Assembly: GCA_951406725.2 (NCBI GenBank)
Contig: OX597825.1
Coordinates: forward strand, 80,476,001-80,540,000
Length of the DNA stretch: 64,000 nt
Reading direction: 5' to 3'
Origin: Octopus vulgaris
Lineage: Eukaryota
Position numbers and translations under genes: made by a program. How positions within the stretch are numbered: the first letter of the stretch is position 1; each line of letters starts with the position of its first letter. This document shows, one piece after another, positions 28,798 to 41,522 of this stretch. The notes beneath the pieces were generated by a model, which ran no database searches, was not told the DNA's origin, and saw only the letters and a list, made by a program, of their open reading frames with translations.

Positions 28798-29942
28798 TTG
28801 GTTTTCTAAAGCTTTAAACCTAGTTCTCAAATGCCACTCTCAGAGATTTTAAGTTATTTTTTTCAAAGCTATAATGGAAGTGACAAAGGAGTATATTCGG
28901 TATATTTTACTTTATGAGTTCAATAAAGGCAACAACACAATGGAAAGTGCAAGGAATATTAATGCAATATGGGGGATTGGACAATAAGCGTAAGCCAGTG
29001 TCAACAGTGGTTCCAGAAATTCCTACAGCCTAGAAGACAAGCCTCGTCCTGGAAGATCTGTAGAGCTCAGCGAGGACATCCTGCAAATCTTGGTGGAACA
29101 AAATCCTATTGTAACTGTTGAGGAACTAGCAGAAAAGCTTAGATTTGGTCATTCAACCACTCATTGACACCTGCATGCCCTCAGAAAAGTCAATAGATTG
29201 GGTCAGTGGGTTCCTCACAAACTTTTGAAGTTCAGTCACACACAAAGAGTGAATGTGTGTTTTTGTTTGCTGTCATGAATGAACCTTTTTTGGACTGAAT
29301 AGTGACTGGTGACTGGAGAAATGAGTTCTCTATAAAAATGTCAAGTGCTGAAGACAGTTGGTAAGGAAAGGAGAAACACCAGCACCCCAGGCTAAAGAAG
29401 TATTTCACCCACATAAGGTGCTGTCATCTGTTTGGTGGGATATGAAAGGTTTAGTCCACTTTGAACTTTTAAACCCAAAGGAGATCTACTACAAACAGTT
29501 TAAGTCAGTGCTAGAAGAAAAACGACCATCTTTGGTTCCAAGACAAAAGGTGTTCTTGCATCAGGATAATGCTTGGCCACATACAGCGAGGATGACATTC
29601 CAAAGGCTGGAGCATCTTGAATGGGAAACGATGCCCCACCCACCACATTCGCCAGACATTGCCCCATCTGATTATCATCTATTGCGCAGCCTTCAAAATC
29701 ATTTGGACAGAAAGAATATTAATTCTGTAGACAAGGTCAGAACAGTATTGGAAGAGTATTTTTCGTCACAGACAAATGAATTTTGGAAGAGGAGACTTGC
29801 AAGTCTACCAGATAGATGGAAGAGCATTGTAGAAAATGAAGGAGTGTATATTTTAGATTAAAGAAGAACTTTATTTATCTTAATTTTGAAAAATAAAATA
29901 AATATAAAAAGAAAAAGCTGCTTTATTTATGGGATGACCCAA
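28798..29942 (+). mobile_element. Mariner transposon with pseudogenised DD34D transposase
   Basis: MEVTKEYIRYILLYEF, WVPH, VTGD, HQDNAWPH, HSPDIAPSDYHL; right TIR ..ttatttatgggatgacccaa then TA; left TIR mostly deleted (TA-ttgg). Confidence 0.92.
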
Positions 29943-29965
29943 TATATTCACAATTGTTTTAAAAG

Positions 29966-30033
29966 GATTTGTGCAAAAGTATGAAAGACCATATGTTGGT
30001 CCAGTTTTTGCTGAAGAAGCTGAAAAATATCAG
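29966..30033 (+). other. Paralogous duplicate of the 30243-30318 exon (FVQKYERPYVGPVFAEEAEKYQ); alternative exon or pseudo-exon
   Basis: Aligns to the next exon at DNA and protein level, ends AAATATCAG|gt in the same way, and similarity continues into the intron (ctctgtgt..ttcattaaca). Confidence 0.6.
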
Positions 30034-30249
30034 GTGTAACTCTGTGTTCATTAACAGAAGTATGCATTTGTATACTTATGTATGTATAACTCGTTAGCTC
30101 TTACTGGTGATATTTTATTCTTGTTTATTATGGTGTTTGTCCCCCCTCCCCTTCCTACATATAAATATATTTCCAGGGTGTTTTTGTGTGTATATATATT
30201 TATAATCTGTGTATTAAATTACATTTTTCTTTCTCATATTAGCCAACAC

Positions 30250-30318
30250 ATGGACACGTTAAAGCATGGAAGACCAAATGCGGGCTTAGTTTCTGCCGAA
30301 GATGCTGAGAAATATCAG
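30250..30318 (+). CDS. Probable first coding exon of BEN-domain gene (MDTLKHGRPNAGLVSAEDAEKYQ); exon begins 30243
   Basis: Pyrimidine tract and AG at 30241-2, in-frame ATG at 30250, donor CAG|gtatat at 30319; phase 0 joins the 32517 exon. The true start could lie in an upstream exon. Confidence 0.65.
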
Positions 30319-31679
30319 GTATATTACTCTCTCTGTGTGTGTGGGGTTCATTAACAAATGTGGGGCATAAAATTTCAAGAGAAAAGAAAAAAAAACCACC
30401 TGTTTTTTTACAAGGAAAATTGGTCAGTAAGTAATGAATTTTATGCTAAAATGAAGATACAAGAGATTAAACGTTTTTTTTAAGACCTCAGAATTTTTCC
30501 AAGGACAATCAATTAAAAAAAAAAAAATCTCTTGTCTTTGGCATTTAGTTTCTACATATAGAACTGATTTAAACAATTCTTACTTTTGAAATACGTTTAT
30601 TACATTTCTAAAATGGATTAATACAATAAGTGGTAACGACTATGGATGTAAAGTTTACTTCCCAACTATCATATGGTTTAGGATTCAGTCCCACAATGTA
30701 GAACTTAAAACAATGCATTCTGCCATAGTCTTGGATTGACCAATCTCTTCTGAGTGGAATTTGGAAACTTTCACATGAGTGTGAGTGAGAGAGAGAGTTG
30801 AGATGTTCAAGCAAGATGTGGTTGTCTGACTGCCTGATTCTGTCAAACCATCCAACACATGCCAGCATGGAAAAACTAATGTAAAATGATAATGATGATG
30901 ACAGTAGAATATCACCTATACGATATTGTCATCATCATCATCATCTTCATCAGATCAAGCTTGCTCAGCCTCCACTCAACTCTGTCTGTCTGTCTGTCTC
31001 TCTCTCACTTCCATGGTTCATATATCAGTTCTTCTAAACGATATCCTGTGTCAATTGTTAACTGATCAGTGAATGTCTTCTTAGAGTGACCGATGCAATT
31101 TCAAATCATGTCCAGCTGTCACTAACCAGCCCCCTCCTTAATTATTCAGCAATGTCCAGCAAAATGGACCCTTTTTTCTCACATGATGCCTGAGATTTTA
31201 AGAAACATGCATAATTATTCTTTGGTATGGGGTTCTTTCAAAGAGATATCCCAAATGCCAAGAAGCCTTCAGTATAGTTCCAAGACATTTGTTTAGTGTC
31301 CAGGTGGAGAAAGCCATAAAGCTCTGTAAACTTGATCAGTATTTTGAAGAAGTTCTTTGAGAAGATCTGATCTCCGGATTATACTGAGGCTTTTGATTGC
31401 TGCCCAAACTTTGTTGACATGCATCTTAACATCTATCTCTGTAGGTAATGTGTTGTTCTTGAGGTGAAGGAAAGAATCTGCTGGTTTTTATTGAGTTTTG
31501 AAGTTGTATGAAGGACAAAAGCTAGTTAAGGAGTAGAAGAAAAGCTATGTTATCTAAAGGGAAAGCATTGAATATGAAGTTTGTTTGATGCTGGATTAAA
31601 GGTGGAAAGAGGGAAGTATTTAGAGTTGCAAGATAAACGCGTCCAGATATCATAAGGGCAAAATGCATTAACTTCCTCC

Positions 31680-32150
31680 AACTGTTCTTTCAGCTGATGA
31701 CATTCATTCAGTTGTGACTTCTTTTGATCTTCCATGAGCAAAGATGGGCACAAATTTTGCTGCAACTCTTTTCATTCACAATTCCTTGCTCAAAATTTGT
31801 TGGTTGGAGCTCCAGGACACACCAGACATATCAACAAGTTCGTCAGTTGTTCGGTGACAGTCCTCCAAGATCAGTTCATGAATTTTCAAGATGTTTTCAA
31901 GATGTCATTCAAGAGGTTGACAGTCACCCTGAACAAGGTTGCTCTTCAAGTGACGAGTGATCATTCCTAAAGCATGAAAACCACTCGTAAACTTGTGTTT
32001 TGCTCATGGCAGCGGCTTTATAAACTGTTTGAAGCATGACAACTGCTTCAGCTGCCGTTTTCCCCAGCAGAAAACAGAATTTCATGCAAGTATGCTGTTC
32101 CTTCGTTTCAACCATCGCAAAAAATTGACAAGTAGGGGAAAAGCACTACA
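31680..32150 (-). mobile_element. Mariner transposase N-terminal fragment
   Basis: KEQHTCMKFCFLLGKTAAEAVVMLQTVY..MSKTQVYEWFSCF, a mariner HTH region. Confidence 0.85.
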
Positions 32151-32516
32151 AAACTAAGATGTCCCACATGGCAGAAGGACTACAACCATTGCTGCAGGTC
32201 AGCAGACTGATGCCTGAGGGTTGCATCAAGTGGCTTTCAGTGGCAGAAGCTCATCTGTAGGCATAGGACAGTGCTGGCAATGAAGCTGATGAGGATCAAA
32301 ATAACTGAAGACTTCTAGAGGGATAAAATATATTTAAGACCTGCCATTCTGTATTGGTGATAAAAGAAGCTTTATATGAATGTGCGAAAAAAAGATCTGA
32401 GACTGTTACACAATTCTGCAAAGTGTTATGGACTGTGAATGAAAGTTCTCTGTAATCATTGCTGGAATAAAGATTAACCAATTTCATTTATTTATTTTTT
32501 TTGTTTTTTGTTCCAG

Positions 32517-32712
32517 ATGGTGCACATAGGTTTTGGTGTGTACATCCATTCTGACCAATATTTTGAAGTGATTCGTAAGAAGACTGATGGTCAAGCTATG
32601 GTACGAATTTTGATGAATTTCTTGTTCAGCAAGGACCAGATGAAAAGTGGGACTTTGTCTGTACGAGGATGCGGAAGGTTATTAAACCCTTTGCTTACGA
32701 AAGCTATTATCT
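32517..32712 (+). CDS. Internal exon, BEN-like domain (MVHIGFGVYIHSDQYFEVIRKKTDGQAMVRILMNFLFSKDQMKSGTLSVRGCGRLLNPLLTKAII)
   Basis: Strong acceptor ttttttgttccag, donor T|gtaagt, 196 nt (phase 0 to 1). The pattern VHIGxGVYI...hVRxLhxxLFSx-Qh...LNPxxxxAI resembles BEN domains. Confidence 0.85.
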
Positions 32713-33323
32713 GTAAGTGATTTATTATTATTATTATTACTGTTATTATTACTATTATTACTATTATTATTATTATTATTATTATTAAGGTGGTGAGCTG
32801 GCAGAATCGTTAGCACACTGGGTGAAATGCTTAGTGATATTTCATTCCTCTCTGTGTTCTGAGTTCAAATTCTGCCTAGGTTGATCTTGCCTTTCATCCT
32901 TCCAGGGTTGATAAGTTAAGTACCAGTGATGATGATGAAACACTGGGGTTGATGTAATTGACTAGTCCTCTCATCCAAAATTTCAGGCCTTTTGAATTTA
33001 GTAGAATGGATTGTTATTATTATTGTTAAGGCGCTGAGCTGGCAGAATCGTTAGCACACTGGATGAAATGCTTAGCGGTATTTCGTCTGTCTTTACGTGC
33101 TGAGTTCAAATTCTGTTGAGGTCGACTTTGCCTTTCATCATATATATATATGTAAAAAACACCCACTACACTCGCGGAGTAGTTGGCGTTAGGAAGGGCA
33201 TCCAGCCGTAGAAACACTGCCAGATCTGACTGGGCCTGACGAAGCCTTCCAGCTTCACAGACCCCAGTTGACCCGTCCAACCCATGCTAGCATGGAAAGC
33301 GGACGCTAAATGATGATGATGAT

Positions 33324-33371
33324 GATATATATATATATATATATATACACATACATACATACATACATACA

Positions 33372-33411
<40 letters not shown>

Positions 33412-33484
33412 CATACATACATACATACATGTGTGTGTATATATATATATATATATATACATACATACATATATACATACATAC

Positions 33485-33529
<45 letters not shown>

Positions 33530-33689
33530 CATACATACATACATACATATGTGTATATATATATATATATATACATACATATATATATTATTATTATTAT
33601 ATATTTATATATATATATATATATATACATACACACACATACATATATATATATAAATATATATAAATATGTACATACATATATATATG
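33324..33689. repeat. (TA)n/(TACA)n compound microsatellite
   Basis: Direct reading. Confidence 0.95.
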
Positions 33690-34439
33690 TTCTTAGTTCC
33701 AATTTCACTGAGGTCATGTTTGCCTGTCATCCTTTCAAGGTTCCTGAAATAAGAACCAGTTAAGAACCGGGGGTGGGGTGGGGGCGATGTAATCGACTAG
33801 CTTCTTCCCCCCCAAGTTTCAGGCCTTGTACCCCATAATCGAGAGAATTATTTTTATCGTAATCATCGTCATCCTCATCATCATTTTCTTATTCTAATCC
33901 TTATTGACTCTGCAAAACCTCGCTTGGCAGAAAGACCTTGCATGAAGGAAGATTGGTCAAAGGGACGCAACTCTGCAGTTCACATTTAACGCTGAATCAT
34001 CTTTGCTATTGTCCTCATTGAAGTTGCCTAAAGTTCACGAAATGTTGGACATATATCCTCTTCCACTTCCTTCTCTTCCTCCTCTTCCTTTTCTTCCTCC
34101 TCCTCTTCCTTCTCTTCCTCCTCTTCTTCCTTTTCTTCCTCTTCCTCACCATCATCAACATCAACATTCAGTGTCCACCTATGCTGGCATGGGTGGGATG
34201 GTTTGACAGGAGGCGGTCAAACCGTCCCACCCATATACATAATTATATATATATGTATGTATATGTGTATATATGTGTATGTATGTATGTATGTATATAT
34301 GTGTATATATATGTATATATGTGTATATATAATATATGTATGTATGTATTCATTTGTATGTATATATATGTATTTGTATATATATATGCATGTGTATGTA
34401 TGTATATATATATATATATATATATATACAAACACACAC

Positions 34440-35110
34440 ACGGGGGTTGGACAAAATAATGGAAACACCTTAAAATGTCAAACAATTTTCTTTTAATATG
34501 GGGTAGGACTGCCTCTGGCAGTAATTACAGCTTGAATTCTACAAAGTGTGGACTCGTACAAAGTTTGAATGGTTTCCAAAGGAATTTTTGTCCAATTTTC
34601 AGCTAAAACCGCCTCCAGTTCTTATAGTTTTGATGGTGGGGGATATCGACTCCTTATTTGTTTTTCTAAAATGCACCATAAATGTTCAATAATATTGAGA
34701 TCTGGAGACTATAGTGGCCAGATAGGATGTTCAACTTTACTAGAATGTTCCTCGTGCCATCCAGTAACAACTTTAGCTGTGTGAATTGGTGCAGTATCAT
34801 CCTGAAAGATTGCATTTCCCTCTGGAAACGGTTCCACAATCATAGAATGAATCTGATCAGATAAAATGCTTAAATAGTCTTGACTATTATTTCTGCCATG
34901 AAGGGAAAGCACTGGGCTGGCAGAACTTTCCAAGATATAAACCACCTGCCAGATCATCACAGATCTTTATCCATGTTTTACAGTTGGAAGAAGGCAGTGT
35001 GGGTCAAATGCTTTTGGCTGTCTCCACACTTATACTTGGCTGGTGATTGGAAATAAGGTAAAGGATGACTCGTCAGAGAAAATAACATTCTTCCACTACT
35101 CTAGGGACCA
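34440..35110 (-). mobile_element. Tc1-like element, 3' half with TIR
   Basis: VIFSDESSF, IFQDDTAPIHTAKVVTGW, WPL.SPDLNIIE; TIR-like gggggttggacaaaataatggaaacacc at about 34442. Confidence 0.85.
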
Positions 35111-35350
35111 TAGTAGGTGCCATGCAATAGGACTGAACTCAGAACCATGTGGTTGGGAAGGAAGCTTGTTATCACACAGCCACTTCATCTTTCATATTTG
35201 GTTAAGATTTACTTAACACCAAAATAAAAGAGAAACCCAGAAAAGTCCCTTGTCATAATCCACTTGTATTGGCTTGACCTTTTCACTTTGAAGTAACATT
35301 ATGTAAATTCTGTGAGGGCCTTATTTTGTGATTTGCTTTTGGTTTTCCAG

Positions 35351-35451
35351 TGTGGGTTCAGAAGAACCAGGAAGGTAATTGTTCCCCAGTGACCCTGCGA
35401 CAAGCAATGTACAGAAAACTTTCATATCATAAATGGAGAGCTAAGAAAGAG
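35351..35451 (+). CDS. Internal exon, C-terminal basic helix of BEN-like domain (LWVQKNQEGNCSPVTLRQAMYRKLSYHKWRAKKE)
   Basis: Acceptor ttttccag, donor GAG|gtaaaa, 101 nt (phase 1 to 0), matching both flanking exons with no stops. Confidence 0.85.
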
Positions 35452-35899
35452 GTAAAAACCAGTATTTATTGATCTATTATTTTCGTTTGAATAATTCTTA
35501 TCTTTAGTAAGCCCCTATATATATTTTTTGTACCCCTTTTTAACCCTTTAGTGTTCAGATTAATTTGTCAAACGTAATGTTTACTTGTTCACATTATTTT
35601 GAATTATTCAGGCCCAGGAGGGGTGTCCACAATATTTGCCTGTAAGTTTGTAAAAATTTTTTACACACAGATTTGAAATTTTTTTAGTGGGTGCTTATAT
35701 GGCTGTAGATTATGGTTTTGTAATTTTAGCCGATGTTGCTGGTTAAATTTGACTTTTCTGGGCAGGTAAATATAATTAACAGGTGTAAAATCAATAACAT
35801 AATGGATAAACACAAAAATTGAAATCCTTAATGTATCTTACCTGTTTGATTTGTTACTAAAATTATCCCAGACGTCAACCACCAACAATTTTGCCACTT

Positions 35900-37100
35900 T
35901 TCACGATGAGGTACATTAATTTGAATTAATTAAAATATAGGTGTAATCGCTACAAGATTTTAGTCTTTCTCTACATTTCATTCAATCATTTTCATTGAAA
36001 ATAAACTACAAAACTCTTACTCTTATACAATTTAATGAATACATTTACATAACACAATGCATCTAATAAAAAAAGCTCATTAACAGGTGAGGCAAAGGTG
36101 AATACAGGTATGTAACACTGAAACTTAATATGTATTTCTCATTTTCAAATATTATTTGTAATAAAATGAAAGGAATATATGATAGTATTACTATCAAACA
36201 ACAAAATATAGTTATGCGATATTTCTATCACAAGGGCACTTTGCAAAACGAACACATAGATGAGGTCTCGACCTGATATCCTTTTGCAATTTTTGTTTTT
36301 TGCAGTGAGCACAGTCTGCAAACTTCTTTTTCCTTCCATTTATTTTTTCCACTTTATGGAAGTCAATATTTTCTCTGTTGACATCCACCTCAGTTAATTT
36401 TGCTTTTCTCCCAGTTCTGTGCTTTCTAGAAGAAAAGCCCTCACGTAACTGAGTTGCGATGTCAACCCGAAATTTGAAATGGTCGTAGTCTTTGCTGGCT
36501 CTTTACATAAACAATATATGAATTAACTATAGTTAGACATAATGCTGGAGAGATATGGATCACCATTGCCTTATCTCAGGATTCCAGTAGTTCCACAGTC
36601 AAGGAATCTGCTTGATGCCAAACATAATGTCTACAGTAAAACAAAAGTTTGCATTTCTGCTCTATCAGTTGGCTGCCGTAGTGGATCAGGTCTTCCATGA
36701 ATAGAAATTATGCGTTGAGCATATTTGTTTCCTCTGTGACAGTTTCAAAAGACTTTTTGGTAAAAATAAAAATAAATAGTCCAATGGTTGAGCATTGGTG
36801 AGGTGGACTGTACTTAGACTATTCGTTTCTGTGAAATCAGGAATTCCGGTTGATGTAGTAATAATCTTCAACCATGTTGCCATAATGTTTTCTGTATCAT
36901 TTTCATCACTTTCATTATCAAAATCTTTCTCATGTAATGAAGATTCACAAATGTCAATATGATTCGTCCGAAGACAAATCACTGTTCTTTTCGTTTATAT
37001 TTTGTACATCATCAAGAGTAAAAACCTTTCAAGTTGGAATTGCTACTTGCTGATGCCATATCATTAAAAACTAAGATATACACTTCTCTTCAAACATTGA
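35900..37100 (-). mobile_element. Internally deleted piggyBac-like transposase remnant, nested in a TTAA-type MITE (about 35540-37295)
   Basis: Acidic N-terminus and PLDYLFLFLP; VNSYIVY..FKFRVDIATQL; C-terminal CRLCS..ETSSMCSFCKVPL cysteine-rich domain. Confidence 0.75.
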
Positions 37101-37514
37101 AAAAAAAACCCCAAGAAGTCTCAAAAATTTCACCATATTTTTACTTGCATAAAGGCGAGAAAAGCTTTATCTCGCATTATCTCAAAGCTACGAGAATTCA
37201 ATAATATGATTTATTCCTTTAGCGATTTCATAGATATGGCTGGATTTGGCCGGTTCAAAGAAATAAAGGGGAATGCCAGTTTAAACAGTAAAGGGTCTCA
37301 AGGCATATGGCTTTGGGAAGGGGCATAACTTAGTTTGGGTTAGCGATCGTTTTGAAGAAAACCTAATGAACAAATTTAATCACAATAATATATATTGATG
37401 ACATGTTTTTTTTTTGAGGACTCTCCATGTGGTTGCGATGATTTTTAAACAACATTATTATTTTCTTTCTTTCTTTCTTTTTTGTTCTCTGTCTATTTTT
37501 CCATGTTTACATAG

Positions 37515-37571
37515 GTTGAGCATTGAAGCATTACTTCACACCCAGTTACTGACCCTTACCAGTTTTGCTGA
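37515..37571 (+). other. Candidate alternative terminal or poison exon (VEH-stop)
   Basis: Long pyrimidine tract ending tttacatag, then GTT GAG CAT TGA in phase 0; possible donor GA|gtaagg at 37572. Confidence 0.4.
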
Positions 37572-37759
37572 GTAAGGGACTTTACACTCCACGTGTCTTT
37601 GAAAGTTCAGAGCTGCAGGACGTTTTGCTAATGTGAAATGTGAACCATTTTACTATTTCACTTCTTTTTGCTCATATTATTGTTGTTATTTTTTGTATAA
37701 CATTTAATATTTGTAAAACACTTTGACTTTCTTAATCTCTTACCCACCTTGGCTCTCTG

Positions 37760-38066
37760 TCAGTTTATGACGATCAGTGTTCCATTGATCCGATCAACGG
37801 AACGGCCTGCTCGTGAAATTAACGTGCAAGTGGCTGAGTACTCCGCTGACACATGTACCTTTAAGGAGGTTCAGCATGATAGAGAATGTGACAGGGCTGG
37901 CCCCGTTTGAATTACAGGTACATCTCTCACTTTTGCCAGCCGAGTGGACTGGAGTAATGTGAAATAAAGTGTCTTGCTCAAGGACACAACATACTGCCGG
38001 GAATCGAACTCATGACCTTACGAACCCGAGCCCAAACACCCTAGCCACTAAGCCATGCGCCTTCGC
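37760..38066 (-). mobile_element. tRNA-derived SINE with V-domain-like core
   Basis: Minus strand GGCGCATGGCTTAGTGGCTAGG..GAGTTCGATTCCCGG..GTGTCCTTGAGCAAGACACTTTA. Confidence 0.8.
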
Positions 38067-38690
38067 CTATCCGACCTATAATCTTTCGACAACAGTCTAG
38101 TCAGTTGCTCCATAGAACTTTGCTTTTTTCTTTCGTCTCTGAATTCTTCTAAAGAACCAAGGAACAAACACAGAACACAGACAAATACTGTCTGTGTGTT
38201 AAAAGAGTTTGTTGCAATTGCTGGTTGGAGCGATTAGTTATCTCCCTTGATAGTAAAATAGTGAGAGATCTGTTGGACACTAAAGCGCAAGCTTGAAATT
38301 GCTGAGAGAAAATAAAATTAAAACAGCTTGAAAATAAATTTACTCATTAAAAAACCTGTTTTGAAATGAATTTAATAATTGCTGTGAAATGTTTAGCAAA
38401 AAAACCCCCACAAAAAAACCCAATCAATTGAAGCTCACAAACTGTGCTATATAAAAACTTATAAAACATTTTCGTTGGCATTATTTCGTTGACATTGTCT
38501 GATGACATCAGTGTCACATTTTCATAAAAAAAGGCTTCACAGTCGTCAGGTGAAACCGTTTGCCTTCACCATACACCCATGCTTGCTTGCATCTGTTTGT
38601 GTGAAGTGAATGTAAGTCTCTCATAATTCTATTTTCACATCACTGAATCAGTGTCCATTGCTTAACTCTTGCTTCTGTTCATCATTTCAG

Positions 38691-39302
38691 CACGTGATGC
38701 AAGCATTTTCTCTGAAGAGCGATCCAAGCATTACTACAATCATCAAACAAGAAAGCGATGAGACCCACTTTATCGAGCCACCAGTGTCTGTAACTTCTGC
38801 GTCTGTGAACTCCTTGTCGGTGTTGGGCAGCTTCAGCAGTACGGCTGTTCCTTCCAACAGCTCTATGACGAACACCAATATTATTTCTACAAACCAAAAC
38901 GATGTCAACATACCGAATATCGCGGCCATCAAGCAACAAATACACCAGTTAAACCAACAAGACACCATTAACCGGATTACATTGCACCAGCAACAATCTG
39001 CACAGACTTTGTTACCGTTTGAACTCTTACCTCAGAATAACGAGGGTTCAGCGTCCCTTGTGACCAGTGCCAATGCCACTTATTCAACTAGTATATTGAC
39101 TCCTTTAGAACTGATTGCCAAAGAGAAAGGTGGGATCACGGTGAACATGGACTGCCTCAACACGTTGTTGTCGTTTGTCTGCTGTCCGACGTGTCATTCG
39201 CCTGTCAATCACAAAGAAACTATTCAGGGCTTTAAAACTGGGATTCTCTATTCTTTGCAGTTGTTCTGCATAAATGGGCACCTTATTGGGAACCCTTCAT
39301 AA
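38691..39302 (+). CDS. Terminal coding exon: S/T/N/Q-rich region then CPTC...CINGH zinc knuckle
   Basis: Acceptor catcatttcag, 204 codons in non-repetitive sequence ending TAA, phase 0 with the preceding exon; followed by AT-rich UTR-like sequence. Confidence 0.85.
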   Translation, partial: HVMQAFSLKSDPSITTIIKQESDETHFIEPPVSVTSASVNSLSVLGSFSSTAVPSNSSMTNTNIISTNQNDVNIPNIAAIKQQIHQLNQQDTINRITLHQQQSAQTLLPFELLPQNNEGSASLVTSANATYSTSILTPLELIAKEKGGITVNMDCLNTLLSFVCCPTCHSPVNHKETIQGFKTGILYSLQLFCINGHLIGNPS

Positions 39303-40560
39303 TACTGGTGACGCAAATCACAAAACCACTTCCCTAACAAAAAAAAAACAAAACAAAGACACAGAAAGAAAAAAAGAAAATCTATTTTTTTTCTTTTGAA
39401 ATTTCTAATTATTTTATTGATATTCGATAGACGTTTTTGACAAAGTTGTGTTATGATGATGTCTATTTTTATCCAGAATTCTGATATCTTGAAAGAAAAA
39501 AAAATCTCTCAAAATTTCTTATGTCACAATGAATTTTTAAAGGTTTTTTTTTTTTAAACATTTCCTTTATGGGCAGGTCCCCTTTCAGATGTTTATGTGA
39601 ATATCAGCTACATTACTCATTAACTATACTAATTAATAATGGCTTTTCTCATTTGTAACATTTAGACTTAATGTTTCCTCCTGTGTAACCAGTAGAGAAA
39701 GACTTGCACAAACGTGTGTGTGTGCGTATATATATATATGTCTAATGTATATAAACTTTATATATATAAACGTACATATAATTATATAACATATATATAT
39801 ATATATATATATAAAACCAACACATGAAGCTCTTGGACCTAGAGTCATTCTGTTGCTTCTGCTAAATATATATATATGTCTAATGTATATAAACTTTATA
39901 TATATAAATGTGTGTATATATGTATTATATATATGCATATATATTATACATACGATTTTATATATACACACACACACACACATACACAGTCTTCTTGGAA
40001 ACAATCTCACTGGATAATAGGTGTCATTAATTCAAAACTGCATCATTCTGTTGATAGCTGCCAAAGTTGGACAAATTACTGCTAAGACAACAGCGATAAT
40101 TAAAGTTGTTGATTAAATGCAGTCGTTACTGATGTCTTACCCTTGTGATAATGGTTAAACTATAGGAATTAATTAATCAATTAACCCACCCGCAATCAGC
40201 ACATCTAATATGGCACTTATATTACCAACTGCGAAGTTGGTCTCTGGGTTTTTTGTTTTTTAATTACTATAGTCAATTAACGGACTGCCGTACACAGAAA
40301 TTTAAACGAGTACATCTCTTCTTTTTTTGTTCTAGTTTCACAGATCAATGCTTTTTTTCGATCACAATCATTGAACACTTATTTTGGTTATTGCTTGTAA
40401 AAACACTTCTTTGCAGTTTTATTTCTCATCTCTTAATTTATTCTGTATATATATCCCTGTACATAGCTGCTATGTATATACCTATACATATAGATATATA
40501 TATATATATATGTGAGTTTGTGTTGCAAGATTCTTGATGTGAAACTGTGTGTTGAAGCAG

Positions 40561-40857
40561 ATATTGTTCTATTTCGGGATGGTCATTTTTTTCCTTTTTG
40601 CACTGTATATTCGTCCTTCACTTGTTTATTACTGTTCTTATTTTTAACTCGTGTCCATTGTCCAGAGCAAGAGCACACCTGAGGATAGATAGTGTCGCTG
40701 AGGAGGTCACAGATGTGTGATGAAAGATTTCCGGACGATGGACAGGAGTTAGAATAAGACCAGTAATAAACCAGGGCAGAACGAATATATAGTGTGTGTG
40801 TGTTTATTTGGCAAAAAAGAAAAAAAAAGAAATGACCACCCAGAAATACAACAATAT
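40561..40857. mobile_element. Foldback element with HHR-like motif in its loop (40694-40736, +)
   Basis: Diverged inverted arms of about 100 bp; the loop has GTCG-CTGAGGA-G-GTCACA/gatg/TGTGAT-GAAA-GATTTC-CGGAC. A related fragment lies at about 46630-46720. Confidence 0.6.
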
Positions 40858-41154
40858 TTACACATTTGTTGTAAATTTAAATGTTGATATTTATTTTCTT
40901 TTGAAATGGAAGGTCATCAGTTCAAATCCCCTTCACGTTACATTAAATGTTGGCCAAACTGTTTTATTGTAAATATTTTTCTTTTCTCCTAATTAAAGCA
41001 ATCGCTTAAGTTAATTAGCACAACATGATGATAAATCAGTTTCTCGTTAAGAATGTATATTTTTATTAATGATGTATTTACTAGAAATGGTTGAATGAAT
41101 TGGACTGTCATTACCCATTCTTCTCTCTCAGGACTGACGTGTGAATCTAAGAAT

Positions 41155-41522
41155 ACATGCATACACACATGTATATGCATGTATTCATGTGTGTGTGTAT
41201 ATGTGTATATATGTGTGTCTGTGTATGTATGTATATATATATATATATGTGTATATATATGTGTAGGCATATGTGTATGTATATATGTGTGGGTATATGT
41301 GTATGTATATATGTGTGGGTATATGTGTATGTATATATGTGTGGGTATATGTGTATGTATATATGTGTGGGTATATGTGTATGTATATATGTGTAGGTAT
41401 ATATGTGTATATATATATGTGTGCATGTATGTGTATATGTGTGGATCTATGTATATATTTGTGTATATGTGTATATAATAGTGTGTGTATGCATATATGT
41501 GTATATATGTATGTGTGTGTAT
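41155..41522. repeat. (TA/TG)n tract with a 26-bp higher-order unit
   Basis: gtgggtatatgtgtatgtatatatgt repeated about 4 times. Confidence 0.9.

Noticed and set aside
29358-29861. 167-aa ORF as a SETMAR-like host gene
   Set aside because: Part of a frameshifted mariner copy; no SET domain.
39728-39910. Direct repeat of about 45 bp in the putative 3' UTR
   Set aside because: TA-rich local duplication with no structure beyond slippage.
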